A DNA stretch of 64,000 nt from the human T2T-CHM13v2.0 reference genome, Homo sapiens (GCF_009914755.1 NC_060929.1), one strand, 5' to 3'. Shown: positions 15,730 to 34,136, counted from the first letter of the stretch. Notes: generated by a model not told the origin, from the letters alone. Numbers and translations: made by a program.

Positions 15730-16004
15730 TGAGCCCCCTGTCTAGGGCTGCTTGCTTTTGGTTAATCCAATTAACAGATAATTACAGGGCATGCGCCCTG
15801 GGGCCCACACAGCCCCAGACAGGAGGGATTCTGAAGATGTGGAAGGCTTTTCCCTCACATGGGAGCTGGTGCCCTCACGGGGCAGACTGAAAAATGCACA
15901 GAAAATGTTTGCCAATGATTCAAGGCATTGTGATGAGACAACCAAATAGAGGGTAAGACTCAAGCCAGATGCCCTCAAGACCAGGCAGGCATAGTGTCCA
16001 GTAG

Positions 16005-16165
16005 CCAGCAAGAGCAGCCAGGCCCCATCTAAAGGAAGCTAGGCTGCCCAGCTTCAGGCAAGTGTTGGCATGCAGGAACATAGGTCATTGTGGCCAGATC
16101 GCTCATTCTTCAAGAAAAGCCGTGAAATCTAGATTGTATGAGAAAGCTCCTAATTTTTAAGACAA
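16005..16165 (-). mobile_element. MER102-like hAT-Charlie fragment
   Basis: Reverse complement of the element at 21408-21712 (ttcaagaaaagccgtgaaatctagatt...ctcctaatttttaa). Confidence 0.55.
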
Positions 16166-17985
16166 CTTATTTTAAAAAATTAAACATCTGTCTGCAGTCC
16201 AGATGGATAAAGAGACATCCCTGTGGTTGGAGGACTACACCAAGGAGGTGGGGCTCATGCCAGGCCTTGAATGGTGAGTAGAATTTACATACGCCATTTG
16301 TGCATTTCTTGTGTGTGCACTTCGCAGGAGGCAGTGTGTGGTTTGGTGGCTATGGGCTTTGTGTCTGATTTCTTGTCTGACAAAGAGAAAAAAAATGGCA
16401 TCTATTCAGAAGGCATTTGTAAGGATTGGGTGAGATCAAACTTGTTAGATCCAACACAATCAAGATTTTGGTGACATTAGCTGTTACTGTCCTAACACCT
16501 GGTTGTTGCGATTGCTGTTGGCATGGAGAGCAGGGATCGATGGCATGCAGCTCTGTCACTCTCCACCCTGGCCCATCCCATTCAGAGATCCCATGCTTGC
16601 TCCACCTTGACATAATGGCCTGTGAAATAGACAGTAATGTTGTTCCTGTTCTACAGATGAGGAAACTGAGCCAGCAGAGAGACAGGAAGGAGCCCACGCA
16701 GGGTTACACAGGCAGTTAGCAGAAACAATATGGGAACCCAGGTCTGCTCGGCTGCACAGCTCACCGTCGGACCTCTCCCCCAATCCCCATGGGCCTTGCA
16801 CCTCGGATGGCCGAGGGGATCCTGGATTTCAGCAGTCCCACGCCCCTTGTGGGTTTGAAGTTCCTTGCGGGTTTATCTTGCGTAGGCCCATGGCACACTG
16901 TCCCTACCCTGCCCTGCCCCACCCCACCCCACCCTCCAATTCCTTCACAGGCTCCTTTGAACTTGGTCTCAAGGCTCGCCCACAAATCCCAGGAAGTGTC
17001 TTGGATGCAGAAGAGTTTCATGGTGTTCCTTATAAAAGCACAACCTGACATGCAGCTATTGTGTCAAGAATCCCTCTATTCCCAACTGCCAGAAACTCAA
17101 AACAGCTTAAGACAAAAACAAACTGGCTCAAGGTCTGTGGGAGCCTTGTCTTGGGCCGTGTCTACAGGCCCACTCTGTTTTTATTAACGTGGCCTGAAAT
17201 TTTGACCCACAGGTCTCCCAAGTGCAGACCCAGGAGGCCCCTCAGGAGACCCCAGCTGTCTTCAGACCCCTGGGGAAAGGGATGCCGGGCCTCTGGTGGT
17301 CAGAGAATGAAGTCAGAACAGAGGCAGGATTCTCAGCCCAGAAACATGCCATACACGGATGTTTTGATCCTGTCTTGAAGCCATTTCAACCTTAGACTGC
17401 TAGTTACCAACTCCAGATGCTCGCCCTCCACCACGTTCATTTGACAAATAGACACTGAGCCCTCACTAGATCTGCTGGGAGCACCATGTGCCCGCCGCCC
17501 CTCTAACAGGGTCTTCCCATCCCGTGGGCCCTTGGCCACCTTCTTTCCTCAAATTCAAATGTACACAATTGGAGAGAGAAAGAAACATCTGGAATAGACC
17601 AGGAGGGCGCTGCCTCACACTCCAGCACCAAGAACTGAGCATTCCCCCCAACCCCCACCTCCCCCTCCTTCGGGCCCTGCTGTCACGTGTCTCCTGGAGC
17701 AGACCTTGCCCCTCTGAGGGTAACTCTACCGTGTGAAAGGATCTTGTTAGTCCTGCAACCACTCTAGCTTGTGCTCAAATGAAAACACAGTGGTCCTCCC
17801 CATCGCCACAGGAAGAGGAGGCAGTGGTGGACTTTGCCTGAGTCTGTCTCCTCCAGTTTGACTTACCGTAAGTGCCTCCCCTGAAGACCCTGATCTCCAG
17901 GGGAGGCAGTAGATGTTAAGAACTCAGGCCCTGGAGTTGTGGGTAAGGCCCCCAATGTCCCTTAGCCTCAGTTTTCTATCTGTAA

Positions 17986-18597
<612 letters not shown>

Positions 18598-20261
18598 TGA
18601 GATTTGTCCTCAGGATGCCAGGCTCTGCAGCCCAAGCCCCAGACCACAACACAACGCGCCCGAGGCACATGTAACCACCCCTTCACTTTCACGTACATCG
18701 TCACTCTTGGCAGTTTTTGTTGGCCAGGGCAGAGCTAAACCCATCCCCCACTTTCCTGCATCTGCAGAAGCCATTCTGTCTGCCAAAAACCCCGCGTTCA
18801 ACCAGGACTTCCAGGAACAGCGAAGTCACACATTTCACACCCACATGCACCAGGCAAAGGGTCTCGAATGGCATGGGAGATGCTTGCCTTCAAGCCACCA
18901 GAAGACCACTGATAGGGTCTCAGGAGCACATCATCATCATCTCTATGCCCATGTACAGAGCATGCTTACTCCTCAGATTCTATCAGTCCTGAAATCAAGC
19001 ATCTGGGCTGTCACGTCTCAAAATTCTATTCCTACGTTAATTTTCCATAAGAGTCTTGGATTCGGGAGCAAGCGAACTGAGGAATTCAACAACCCCACTG
19101 GGGTTTCTCCCTCACCCTCCAACCCAAGACCCAATTTAACACACTCAACTAATTGAGGGGCGCTTCACACTCCAACCTTTTCCAGTCCTGCTCCTGCAGG
19201 TGGCAGCTGAAGTCATGGGCGGAAGGGCCCAGGTGCCTGAGGAATTCTCAGAGCCCTGCCGTTGATTCATTTGTCTGCAGACATTCTAGACTCCATGTCT
19301 CCAAGACAGGCCACGACAGAGTGCATGACGGGGTGAGCCTGCCTTATTTTTCCCTCCAGCTTCCCCCTCCTTTTTTTTTTTTTCCTTCTTGGCCTCAGAG
19401 CCCAAAGTATTCTGGACATATTTTTCATTTTTCCAAATATCAATTGCTCTTTTATTCCCTCTCCGAAGCAGTGAGTAATAAGAGTTGTGTCTGGTCCTGA
19501 AATTCCGACTGTAATAAATTAGCCCAATGACCAACAGGAGGTGCCTAGAACAATAACAGCGGAATACTTGGCATGTTACAAAAGGGCCCCTGGATGTCGA
19601 AGTACAGTAAGTCTAGAAGCACATTACAGAGCAGCATCGCCAGAGCGGGTATGCAATGAGCCATCCAGGCAGCCGAACGCCTCATAAATTAATCCTGTTT
19701 TTTTTTCCTTTTTGGTCCACTGTTCGCAGTTCTTTAGCCCTCTGGTTACGGGGCATGCAGAAGGGTATTTTTGGTGTGGCCTGTGGCCCTAGCAGGCAAG
19801 CCTATGCCAAGGCTGTGTGTTCATGTGTACATTTGCCCCTCAGCTGGCCTGGCCTCCCAGCCTCTGCTTGCCACAGTGAGAGAGAACAGAACCTGGAGGC
19901 AGCAGGCTGTGAACAAACACTGAGCTTCTACTCAGTGGCAGGTGCTGCGCTAAGTTCTGGAGTGCCACGGACTGTGAGAGGGAGATAGACCTGCCCTCCT
20001 GGGGCCGAGAGCTCGGACATCCCCCAGCCTCTCAGAACTAGGTCTCCATCTCAGTGCAGAATGGAGGAGGGGAGAGCGGCAACACTCAGCTGCTCCATCC
20101 CTCCTTTCCTGGAGGTAATCACCCATCAGATGAGTCTTGGGGGTGACACAGCCTTGTCTCCCACTTCAAGAGCAGCAGAAGCCTCCAGCCTCCTCCCTAC
20201 CTCAGCCTAGCAGCTGTCCTTGCCCAGAGCTTTGAATCTGCAGGGAGCATCCCAAAGACAC

Positions 20262-21080
<819 letters not shown>

Positions 21081-21407
21081 GACACCAAGAGAATTTAGAA
21101 TTCTTTCATGGCATTGGAATCCCACCACGCAGGGTATACATTTACCCCAGTATTCCTTTCTGGTTCAGTGTCTGCCTGTGGTATGCCCCTGCCCATGGTC
21201 CCAACGGCTATTCTTCTCCCTGGAGTTTCAGCCTTCCCATCAAATTCAGGAGGTCCCTCTCTCCTCTCCAAGACTGGCCGTTTCCAATTTTAGTTAGCCA
21301 TAGGGGCTTCTGTGGCTCGCCATAGCAGGTAGCAAGCTCCACAGAGCAGGGCTGTTTCGAGGATTAGGGACAAGCCTCGTTTGAGCACAGCAGACACACA
21401 ATAAGAG

Positions 21408-21712
21408 AGTTCACAAATTGATGGCGTACGTTGGGCTCACAAAGTGAATTTTTTTCTAAGTTGAATTTGTTGCCAACATTTACAAGCCAGGAGGTTTCAT
21501 ACAAAAGACTGAATTTCTTACTTCTCTTGAAAATAAATCAGAAGTTCTCACCACACTGAACCCCACATTCTCATGCAACAATTGGCTGGCCTTTCTGGAC
21601 ACACGTGTTATGATTTTGCCATGGTCCCCACCATGCCCTTTCGTTTCACACCCAGACTACTTCTCTCATTTTATTAACTGTTCAGTACCTGTATGCATCT
21701 GAGTTTGCAATG
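21408..21712 (+). mobile_element. MER102-like hAT-Charlie element
   Basis: ttgccaacatttacaagccaggaggtttcatacaaaagactgaatttcttacttctcttgaaaa matches my recollection of MER102. Confidence 0.6.
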
Positions 21713-22059
21713 TTTGTTATAAATACAAGTCTTTATTCTGTAGACTAAAGGCAGGCACCAGACCCAGGCTAGGACTGGGTTCTGGTTTCAGGCCCAGGTT
21801 GTGAGGTCTTTTCCCATAATTCTCAGTCTCCCCAGACATCCTTTCTTCTCCCCTCCAGCTAGCCAAAAACACCTCCTCCTTTATGAAGCCATCCAGTCCT
21901 CTTCCTTCCATAGTCCCCACCCACTCCTGTACAGGCTTGCCAATTATGTCATCTCTATCAGTTTTCTGGATAGACTTTTCATATAAACTCTTTGCAATCT
22001 TACATTACTGGGAGAATTAAATTGAATTGGCATGGGGGCAGCCCATCAAATACTTGGAG

Positions 22060-22198
22060 AAGTGAGGAGGAGAAAAGGAGGCAGGAGTGGGAATGAAGCG
22101 AGGAAGGCAGGGAGAGAGGGAGAGAGGAGAGGAAGGAGAGAGGGAGGGAGGGAGGAAAAGAAGGAGAGAGAGAGGGAGAAGGGGGGAAGAGAGAGAAA
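22060..22198. repeat. Purine-rich (GA/GGGA) low-complexity tract
   Basis: Nearly all-purine run ggagaggaggaaggagagagggaggg... Confidence 0.85.
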
Positions 22199-22823
22199 CT
22201 ACCTGAGGTTCCAGTTTGAGCCAGGCACTATCCAGTTAGTTCATCTCGTTTAGCGCTCCCAGTAACCCCGTAAGACACATATTATTATTATTGGCCTCAC
22301 TTTTCAGATAACTGAGACTTAGAGACATGATGTCACTTTCCCAAGTGAATGTTACAATGATACCAGGATTTGAACCCAGGTGTGTTTGGGAGACAGGACT
22401 CAAGCACAAAGCACTGCTTGGTCTCCACTTATTAGGTTTGGGGCAGATTTCTCCCTTGGCAGAGTGTAATTTTTCAAGACTGATTAGTTATTCCCCTGGA
22501 AATCTTTATTCATTCACACATTTCCATTCATTCCCTGCCCCCGCCAACTCATTCTCACATTGACTTGCTCCCTAATTCCCTCCTTCAAAGGCCTCTCTCT
22601 CCTTTCTCATCCTCTCCCTCTTCCTTTACTAGGAAGTGTGAAGCACCCAGTGCTGTACTAGACCCTCTGCCAGTCCCCCGCCCACACCAGCTACTGGGCC
22701 AGTTCTCTGAGGGCCAGGTGGGGAAGCTCTTCCTCCCTCTCCTCCCTGCCCTGAGACCAAATCCTGGAAGCTCTGCCTTCCGAAGGAGTTTCCTGGAAGA
22801 ATTTATTATGTTTCCTAGAAAAA

Positions 22824-22913
22824 TGTGACTGTAATTCATTACTTTTTTTGTGTGTGACTGTAATTTTTTTTACTGTAATTCATTACTTTTTGTGACCATA
22901 ATTCATTACTTTT
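22824..22913. repeat. Degenerate tandem repeat of ACTGTAATTCATTACTTTT
   Basis: TAATTCATTA at 22832, 22876, 22899 plus a partial copy at 22861. Confidence 0.85.
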
Positions 22914-23419
22914 GATGTGCCATAATTAGCTTAATGAGCAGTCCTTACGTACCTGCATTTGACATTTCAAATGTGTCCACCAGATAAAGCCCAAGAGCCA
23001 GCAACTGCATGGGTGCCTGCAAGACCATCAAGATGATGCAAATGGCCTTTGGAGGGCCCTCAAGTGGGAGGCAAGAGACTTGAGTTCGGTACCTTTCCTT
23101 GGACTGTCTTGGGTTGGACTCTTTCTTTCTCTGGTCTTGAATCTTCCCAGGGAAGGAGCAGTATCCAACGGCCACCAAGAGCCAGGGTGCTGTCACAAGA
23201 ATGGTAGAGTCCAAATCTCAGCCCTGCCTCTTACCAGCTGAGTAACTTTGGAAAAGTGTTCAGTCTAAGCTTCAGTCTCCCCATCTGTAAAATGGAGACA
23301 AAAATATGATTTACTACCTAGAGTTGTAATATTTATATGGTGAACCAATGCATGTAAAGCACTTTGCACAATGCCCAGTACTTAGAAAACTCTCAAAATA
23401 TCTTAGTTGCACATGGTAA

Positions 23420-23973
23420 TGATACAGGAGTTAAGAAGAAACTAATTAGTCAGATAGTGAGGGTGCAGAAGTCCTCGGTAAGGTTTTCCTTTTAATGAAA
23501 AGCAGCCCCCAATTATTTTCCTTTCTGACAAAGAACAGCCTGTAAAATCGAGCTGCAGACATAGATGCTGCAGTTGTGCCAATCATGTTCAAGATGGCGG
23601 CTCCGTCTTCCCTTCTCTCTGTCTGCCACATGTATACTAAGGAGCAGACAAGACAGCCCCGGCTAAGGGGAAAGTTCATTTGCATAATAAGATTAGGGTG
23701 GGGCAGCTAGCCTTCCCCAGCTATGTAACTGTCATACCTCATGGAACCAATCTGTGAGCCCCATGTAAATCAGACACCACCTCCGCAAGCCTAACTGTAA
23801 AATTCTGGTGCATCCACCACCGGCTGGTCTTTTCCTCTGAGAAGTGCCCCCCCCCGTCTCTAGAGCTGTTTTTCTTTCTCCCTTTTTGCCTATTTTGTGT
23901 GTCCGTGTCCTAAACTTACCTGGTATAAGACGACGAACCCTGGATATTTATCCCAGACAACGTAGCTGCTTTA
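23420..23973 (+). mobile_element. ERV1 solo LTR (PABL_A/B-like)
   Basis: Starts TGATACAGGAGTTAAGAAGAAA; YY1-like AAGATGGCGGC at 23591; 4-bp TSD GTAA (23416-23419 / 23974-23977). Confidence 0.8.
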
Positions 23974-24068
23974 GTAATAATAATAAAGATATGCAGAAAA
24001 GGCAAAAAGGAGTGGAGATTGCATGAAATGCCACACGCACCAATCTGGGATAGTCATGGAGTTGGAAG

Positions 24069-24534
24069 TGAGAGGTGAGGCCAGCTGGACTCCCTGGGTC
24101 GAGTGGGGACTTCCAGAAATTTTCTGTCTAGCTAGAGGATTGTAAAAGCACCAATCAGCACTCTGTGTCTAGCTAAAGGATTGTAAATGCACCAATCAGC
24201 ACTCTGTAAAAAATGCACAGTCAGTGCTCTGTGTCTAGTTAAAAGATGTAAATGGCCCAATCAGCACTCTGTAAAATGGACCAATCAGCAGGATGTGGGC
24301 GGGGACAAATAAGGGAATAAAAGCTGGCCTCTGCAGCCAGCAGTGGCAACCTGCTTAGGTACCTTTCTAGGTTGTGGAAGCTTTGTTGTTTCGCTCTTCA
24401 CAGTAAATCTTGCTGCTGCTCACTCTTTCGGTCCACCACCTTCAAGAGCTGTAACACTCACCGTGAGGGTTTGCAGCTTCATTCTTGAAGTCAGCGAGAC
24501 GGTGAAGCCACTAAAGGAACAAACTCTGGACACA
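24069..24534 (+). mobile_element. ERV9 solo LTR (LTR12F-like)
   Basis: TGAGAGGTGAGGCCAGCTGGAC start, repeated CCAATCAGCACTCTG units, AATAAAA box at ~24316, end GGACACA; 4-bp TSD GAAG (24065-24068 / 24535-24538). Confidence 0.9.
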
Positions 24535-26269
24535 GAAGGACAGGAGGGAAGATGGTTATGTTGGATATTCAAAAAGTCTAATGGAAATCTCACATCTACT
24601 TACGGACAGTGAAGCCACAAAAGACAAGAATGGCCACTTTCTTTGTTTTTAGCTGAAACTACATTAACTCCTTGTGGTAAACGAGAAGACGTTGGAGTTA
24701 AATAGACCCATACTAAGGCAGGGTATGTGCCACTGGGTAAGGAGAGTAACGTTCCCAACAGAAACTAACAGTGCCGGCCTTGCCGGGCAGTTAGGAGAAT
24801 TAGATGAAATAACGTGTGGAAGGGACTTACCCTGGGTCAGGCGCACAGTAGGTACTTCGTTCATGACACCCACTAATTCCGATACCCTTCCCTAGCCACC
24901 CCGGACCTCGGCTTCTTCAAAACGTAAAAATCATACCACCTGCTTTACTCATTCGGCAAATATTTACTGAGCCAAGTACTGTGAATACAAAAATGTATTC
25001 ACCAGACAAAGTTCCTGGCCTCTCAGAGCCTGCAGTTTGAGACCGTTCATTATTCATCCTTTCAACAGGTATTTTTACTGAACATTTACTATGTAACGGG
25101 CTGCGTAAGGGGCATCAGAAATGCAATGTTTAGTAAGACAGATTTAATTCCCCACTACCCACAGAATTAATAGCCTAGAGAAGCTGTAGTAAAGTAATCT
25201 AGTGAAATGCCTAGTGTATAGCCGGCCTCCGTATGTAAGTTATCTGGGTGCCAGTCAGAGCTCTGTATGTGGAACTTTGGTAAAGTTAATTCACAAAATG
25301 TGGAACATTGATGATTTCTTAACACATGAAATTTGTTTGGCACATGGGGGCTTTTAAAGTATAAGGAAAGTCCAAAGAATATGAAATATTTAGGTATATA
25401 CCTAACAAAACATGTACAAAAGCTATATGCCAAAAATTACAAAGTGCTGGTTAAAAAACAAATGAAACGGAAGACCTAAATAAATGAAGAAGCATACTGT
25501 GTTCCTGGGATAGAAGACACCACATAGTAAATATGATAATTCTCCCCAAAGTGATTCATAGGTGTGATGCAATTCCTATCACAATCCCAGCTGGCAAAGT
25601 ATTTTGTTATGAAGTTTATATGGAAAGGCATAAGCCCTGTGAGAGCTGAAACAATCTTGACAAAGAAAAACAAAGTGGGAAAAATCACTCTACTTGCTAT
25701 TAAGGCTCACCGTAAAGCTACAGCAGTCAAGACAGTGTGGTATTGATGCAGGGACAGATACATAGATCAATGAAACAGAATACAGAACAAATGGTCCTGG
25801 AGCAACTGGACATCCATAAGCAAAAAAATTAACCTTAAACTCCACACTTTATACAAAAATTGATTCCAAATGAATCATGGGCTGAAATGTGAAGCGTAAA
25901 GCTATACAACCAAAAAAACAAAAATAGGAGAAAATCTTCGGAACCTAGGGCTAGGTGAAGAGTTCTTAGACTTGCCATGAAAGAGCACAATTCATAAAAG
26001 AAAAAGTGATAGACTGGATCAAAACATAAAACATTTTATCTGCAAAAGTCCATGTGATGAAGTTGAAAAGATAAGCCACAGACTGGGAGAAAATAATTTG
26101 CAAACCATATATCCTAAGAAGGACTAGTATCTAAAATGAGCAAAGAACTGTCTCAAAACTCAACTGTAGCAAAACCAATCCAATTAGTAAATGGGCAAAA
26201 GACAGGAACAAATGTTCCACTGAGGAAGGGGTGCAGATGGCAAATAAGCTAATATGAAAAGACGTTCGG

Positions 26270-26425
26270 GCAGGGCATGGTGGCTCACACCGGTAATCGC
26301 AGCACTTTGGGAGCCCGAGGTGGGAGGATTGCTTGAGCCCAGAAGTTCAAGACCAGCCTGGGAAACATAGCAAGACACTGTCTCCAGCAAAATAATAAAA
26401 AATTGCTTAATAAAATTTAAAAAAA
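26270..26425 (+). mobile_element. FLAM/Alu left monomer
   Basis: Single Alu arm + A tail; TSD AAAAGA(C/T)GTT. Confidence 0.85.
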
Positions 26426-26532
26426 AGAAAAGATGTTAAACATCATTAGCTATCAGGGAAATACACATTAAAACCACAATGAGATGTTACTAAACACCTG
26501 TCAAAATGGTTAAATTAAAAAATAGTGAAAAC

Positions 26533-26875
<343 letters not shown>

Positions 26876-27709
26876 TCATACACTGTTAATGAGAATGTAC
26901 AATGGCACAGCCATTCTGGAAAACAGTTTGACAATTTCTTATAAAACTATCATGCCATGATGCTATGGCCCAGCAACTGCACTCTCAGGCATTTATCCCA
27001 GACAAATGAAACTTACGTTTACCCAAAAACATGTACAAGCATGTTCATATCACCTTTACTCGCAAGAGTCAAAAACTGGAGGCAGCTGGGTTTTGAACAG
27101 GTTTGGAACGTGTCCTTCATTATGGCATACACATATCACAAAATACTACACAGCAGTCAAAAAGAATGAACTACTGATACATGCAACAAATTGGATGAAT
27201 TTCCAGGGAATTATACTATGTTTTTTTTTAAAGCCAATCCCCAAAGGTTAAATACTGTTTCATTCCATTTATGTAGCATTTGGAATAAACAAATTTTAGA
27301 AAGAGAGAGCAGATGAGTGATTTCCAGGAGTTAAGGACAGTGTGGGTGGGGTCGGGAGGCAGCAGCCATCACGAAGCAGCACAAAGCCCCTTGTAGTTTT
27401 GAAACTCTTCTGTGTCTTGACTATTGTCCTAAGTAAGCAAACCTACACAAAATTGTTTAGAATTAAACACACACACACACACACACAAATGAGAACAAGT
27501 AACACTGGGGAAGTCTGCGTAAGATTGGTAGAGTGTATCAATGTCCACATCCAGGCTGTGATCTCCTACTGCAGTGAGGCAGGATATTACTGTACCACTG
27601 GGGGAAAAATTCATAGAGGGTACACAGGATCTCTCTGTATTGTTTCTTACAACTGCATGTGAATCCACAATTATCTCCATACATTTTTCAATTAAAAATA
27701 GCTTTTATT

Positions 27710-27856
27710 GTTTTTTTTTTTTTTGTAATTTTTTAAAAATAGAGACATGGTCTCACCATGTTGCCCAGGCTAGTCTCAAACTTCTGGACTCAAGCAATCC
27801 TCCAGCCTCAGCCTCCCAAAGTGCTAGGGATTACAGGTGTGAGCCACTGCACCCAA
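27710..27856 (-). mobile_element. FLAM/Alu monomer
   Basis: Single arm reverse with T-rich head. Confidence 0.85.
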
Positions 27857-28019
27857 ACTATTGTTTTTATATTTTAGAATTAGCATTTTTATTAAAAACT
27901 TGCAAATATAGAAGAAAATAATCAGAAAAATCATCATCCTGAAACATAATCTTTTGATGCATTTCTTCCTGATCTTTGTTTTCTACACTCATGTGAAAAA
28001 TAAAAATGAGGGAAGGGAC

Positions 28020-28351
<332 letters not shown>

Positions 28352-29074
28352 TAGAAGTCCCTCAAAGCCCGGAATGAATCTTGGACCCAACCGTCCCTGG
28401 ATCCCACTCTGATGGAGCACAGTTTAGGGGCCTAGGCACTTCTTGCCGGGGCCATCACTGACACTGTCTTATTAAATTCTCAGCACTGCCAGCAGAAGGT
28501 ATGTTCCAGGAGGACTGGGCTTTTTGTTTAGTTCCCTGCTGAATCCCTAGTGCCTAGCATGGTGCTTGGTGCCAAGTAGATGCTGAATGAACGAATGAAC
28601 TGATAATACTCCTGAATTGGAGCGCTCCTGGAGGATTCATTCTCAGGGCTGAAATTCAAAACTCATGTGGGATTTCGTCAAAATGGAAAACATTAATGCT
28701 TGCTGCACACAGCCTGGTGCATCCACACCCCATCTCTTAGATGCTATCAACCTCGTTCACAGAGGGTAATCTGAGGCCCAGAAAGGCAAAAGGGCCGTAC
28801 AACTGGGACATATCAGGATTTGAAAACACATCCATCTGATTTTAGAACTCCCTGAAACCAGGTTCATCTGCTATGAGAACCCTGAGCAAGGGTTTATTCT
28901 GAGGATAAGAAGAAGCTGTTGACGGGTTTTAAGCAGAGCAATGAATGAATGAGCTCTGCTGTCTCTGTTTTCAAAAGACTTGTTCACTCATTAATTTACT
29001 ATACATGCACCGAGCGCCTTCTATATGCTGGACCTTGTAGCGTATAACAGGGGCCTTCATGGGCACCCATCATG

Positions 29075-29615
<541 letters not shown>

Positions 29616-30467
29616 TCTTCTTTTTTGAAAGACTTTGCAGTGTATTTCAAAATCCATTTTACAGATGAAGAAACTGAGGCTCAGAGAAATTATTTGGCTC
29701 AGGCCCCAAGACGACACAAGGAAAAGGACTCAAACTCAATCCTAGTCCATGTTCCTCCCTTTGCCTCCATGCAGCACAGTATGGAAACCAGCAGCAAGAA
29801 TGCCGGGGAAGAAATCAACCTGTAAAATACATTGATAGAGGACTGGTTAGACACATAGAAGAGCTTCCAGGCCACGAAAACTCATCAGCCATTTTAAAGA
29901 TTGTGACAATTAGTGTGTGTCTTCCATGAAAAGATTCCTAAAGAATATTGTTAAGAAAAGAAAAAGGACCCTAATATTACATGTACAGTGTGATGATTTT
30001 GCATTGGGTGTACACACAGATCAAACTATGGAACATTTCTAGCACTGAGGGAGGCTCTTTTGGGGCTCCGCCCACCTGGCATCCCACCCTTCATAGCAGT
30101 GATTCTGATTTGTGTCATCATAGCTGAGTTTTCTATGTTCTTGAATTTCATGTAAATGGAATCATACCATGTATACCTTTGTGTCTGACTTCTTTCTCTT
30201 ATCATTGTGTCTGTGAAACTCAACCAGTTGTTGCTATGTAACATTTTTTTTTTAAGTTAATAGTAATGTAGTTGCTAGTATTATAAAGAAAATTATCTGG
30301 GGAAGAGGCAAGTTAGACACATCTTTCATCTTCCTTGTTTAGTACTGGGTCTAAATGTCACTTCACATACTTGGGTGTGTAAGAAATTTATTCTTTCTTT
30401 AAGGCAAACTAGATCTGACTCAGCCAACATCTAGTGAGTTTGGGGAAAATTCAATGTCAGTCAATAT

Positions 30468-30506
30468 GCACACACACACAAACACACACACACACACACA
30501 CACACA
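30468..30506. repeat. (CA)n microsatellite
   Basis: Interrupted CA run. Confidence 0.9.
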
Positions 30507-30519
30507 TATTTGAAAAACA

Positions 30520-32280
<1,761 letters not shown>

Positions 32281-32537
32281 CAAGATCAATTAAAATGAAA
32301 AATGTTTACATGAGAGAAAATGCAAATTGAACATCAGTAAGTTGCAGTGTTATCTATTTCTTCAAAGTTTGGGAGTTTTGTAGTAAGTAAGTGTGACTTA
32401 GATAACTAGAACAAAAGTTAAACTCAAAAAACTGTCTTATAAGCATTCCCATGTCTGGCCCTTTGTGATGGAAGCAGGGGGACCTGGAGAGAATTCATCC
32501 TCATGTTCTTCCTCCTCTTCCTCTTCTTGCACCCTAG

Positions 32538-32589
32538 ACGCTGTTGGCATTGCTGATCTTGGTGCTGTACTTGAGCACAGAGATATGGG
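32538..32589 (+). CDS. SMIM23: SMIM23 coding exon 2, transmembrane segment TLLALLILVLYLSTEIW(G)
   Basis: Long polypyrimidine tract + CTAG acceptor at 32537; donor G|GTGAGC; 52 nt, phase 0 to 1; hydrophobic run. Confidence 0.93.
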
Positions 32590-32728
32590 GTGAGCATTCT
32601 GGAATCTGAGAAAGAAGGAACCAAATCCACATGAAGCTTGGTGGAGTGTTCCAAAGATGGTTGTATGTTAAGGGGACCTCCATAACCCACCTTCTCCCAC
32701 TGACCCTTCATCACACTGGGATAACTAA

Positions 32729-32878
<150 letters not shown>

Positions 32879-32946
32879 TGAGGTGAGGCAATCTGGGAAG
32901 GCTTTCCAGAGGAGGTGTCATTGGCAACATGGGTCATGAAAGATAA

Positions 32947-33396
<450 letters not shown>

Positions 33397-33422
33397 CTCT
33401 TGAAGTTCCAGTCAGGCAAGAA

Positions 33423-33428
33423 AATAAA
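33423..33428 (+). terminator. SMIM23 polyadenylation signal AATAAA
   Basis: AATAAA 27 nt after the stop codon. Confidence 0.75.
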
Positions 33429-33544
33429 GTAGTTGGGAAATGAAGTCCGCTGTTCACATTCATGAATGCTGACAGAAACAGCGTTGGCGGAACACCAGAG
33501 CCCGGCTGAGATATTCTCCCTGGCACCATGACGTGGCCCCCTGG

Positions 33545-33745
33545 AACAAACACGGGCTTCAGAGCCAGCCATAGGTTCAGGACTCTTCTACTTTCTTGAG
33601 ACGTTGTGTAAATTTCCTTAACCTGAGACTCAGTTTCCTCACATATAAAAATCGGGGAAACACACTTTGCCTTATAGGAAGACAATGTATGTAGGGTGTG
33701 TATACAGAGTGCGTCTGGCACAGAGCAGGTATCGGATAAATAGCT
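33545..33745 (+). mobile_element. MIR
   Basis: ccttaacctgagactcagtttcctcacatataaaa...gtctggcacagagcagg. Confidence 0.7.
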
Positions 33746-34136
33746 CTTCCTTTCTCACATGCCTTTTCCTTCCTCCCTGGAGTGTGGTAAGAGGATACTA
33801 GCTCTGGCTAAGTGTGTGGATATTATGCGGCATTCAACCCTCTGACTCTGCTGGTGGAAGTATACGTTCCTAAAATCTCTATTTGGTGATAGCTATCAAA
33901 TTTACAAATGCATTTTCTCTTTGACCCAACAATCTGCTTCAAGGAATTTATCCCACAGCTGCATTTGCCCACACATGAAATTACATGTGTATAAGATTAT
34001 TCACCCCAGCTTTATTTGCAGTAGCAAAAAAATGGAAGCAACCCAAATGATACCAGGAGGGCTCTGGTTATATAAGTTATGGTACAGCCAGACAATGAAC
34101 AATCATGTAGCTATAAAAGAGAATGAGGAAGCTTTC

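Noticed and set aside
17597-17615. CTCF-like motif GACCAGGAGGGCGCTG
   Set aside because: Spacing does not fit the core CCASYAGRKGGCRS without a gap
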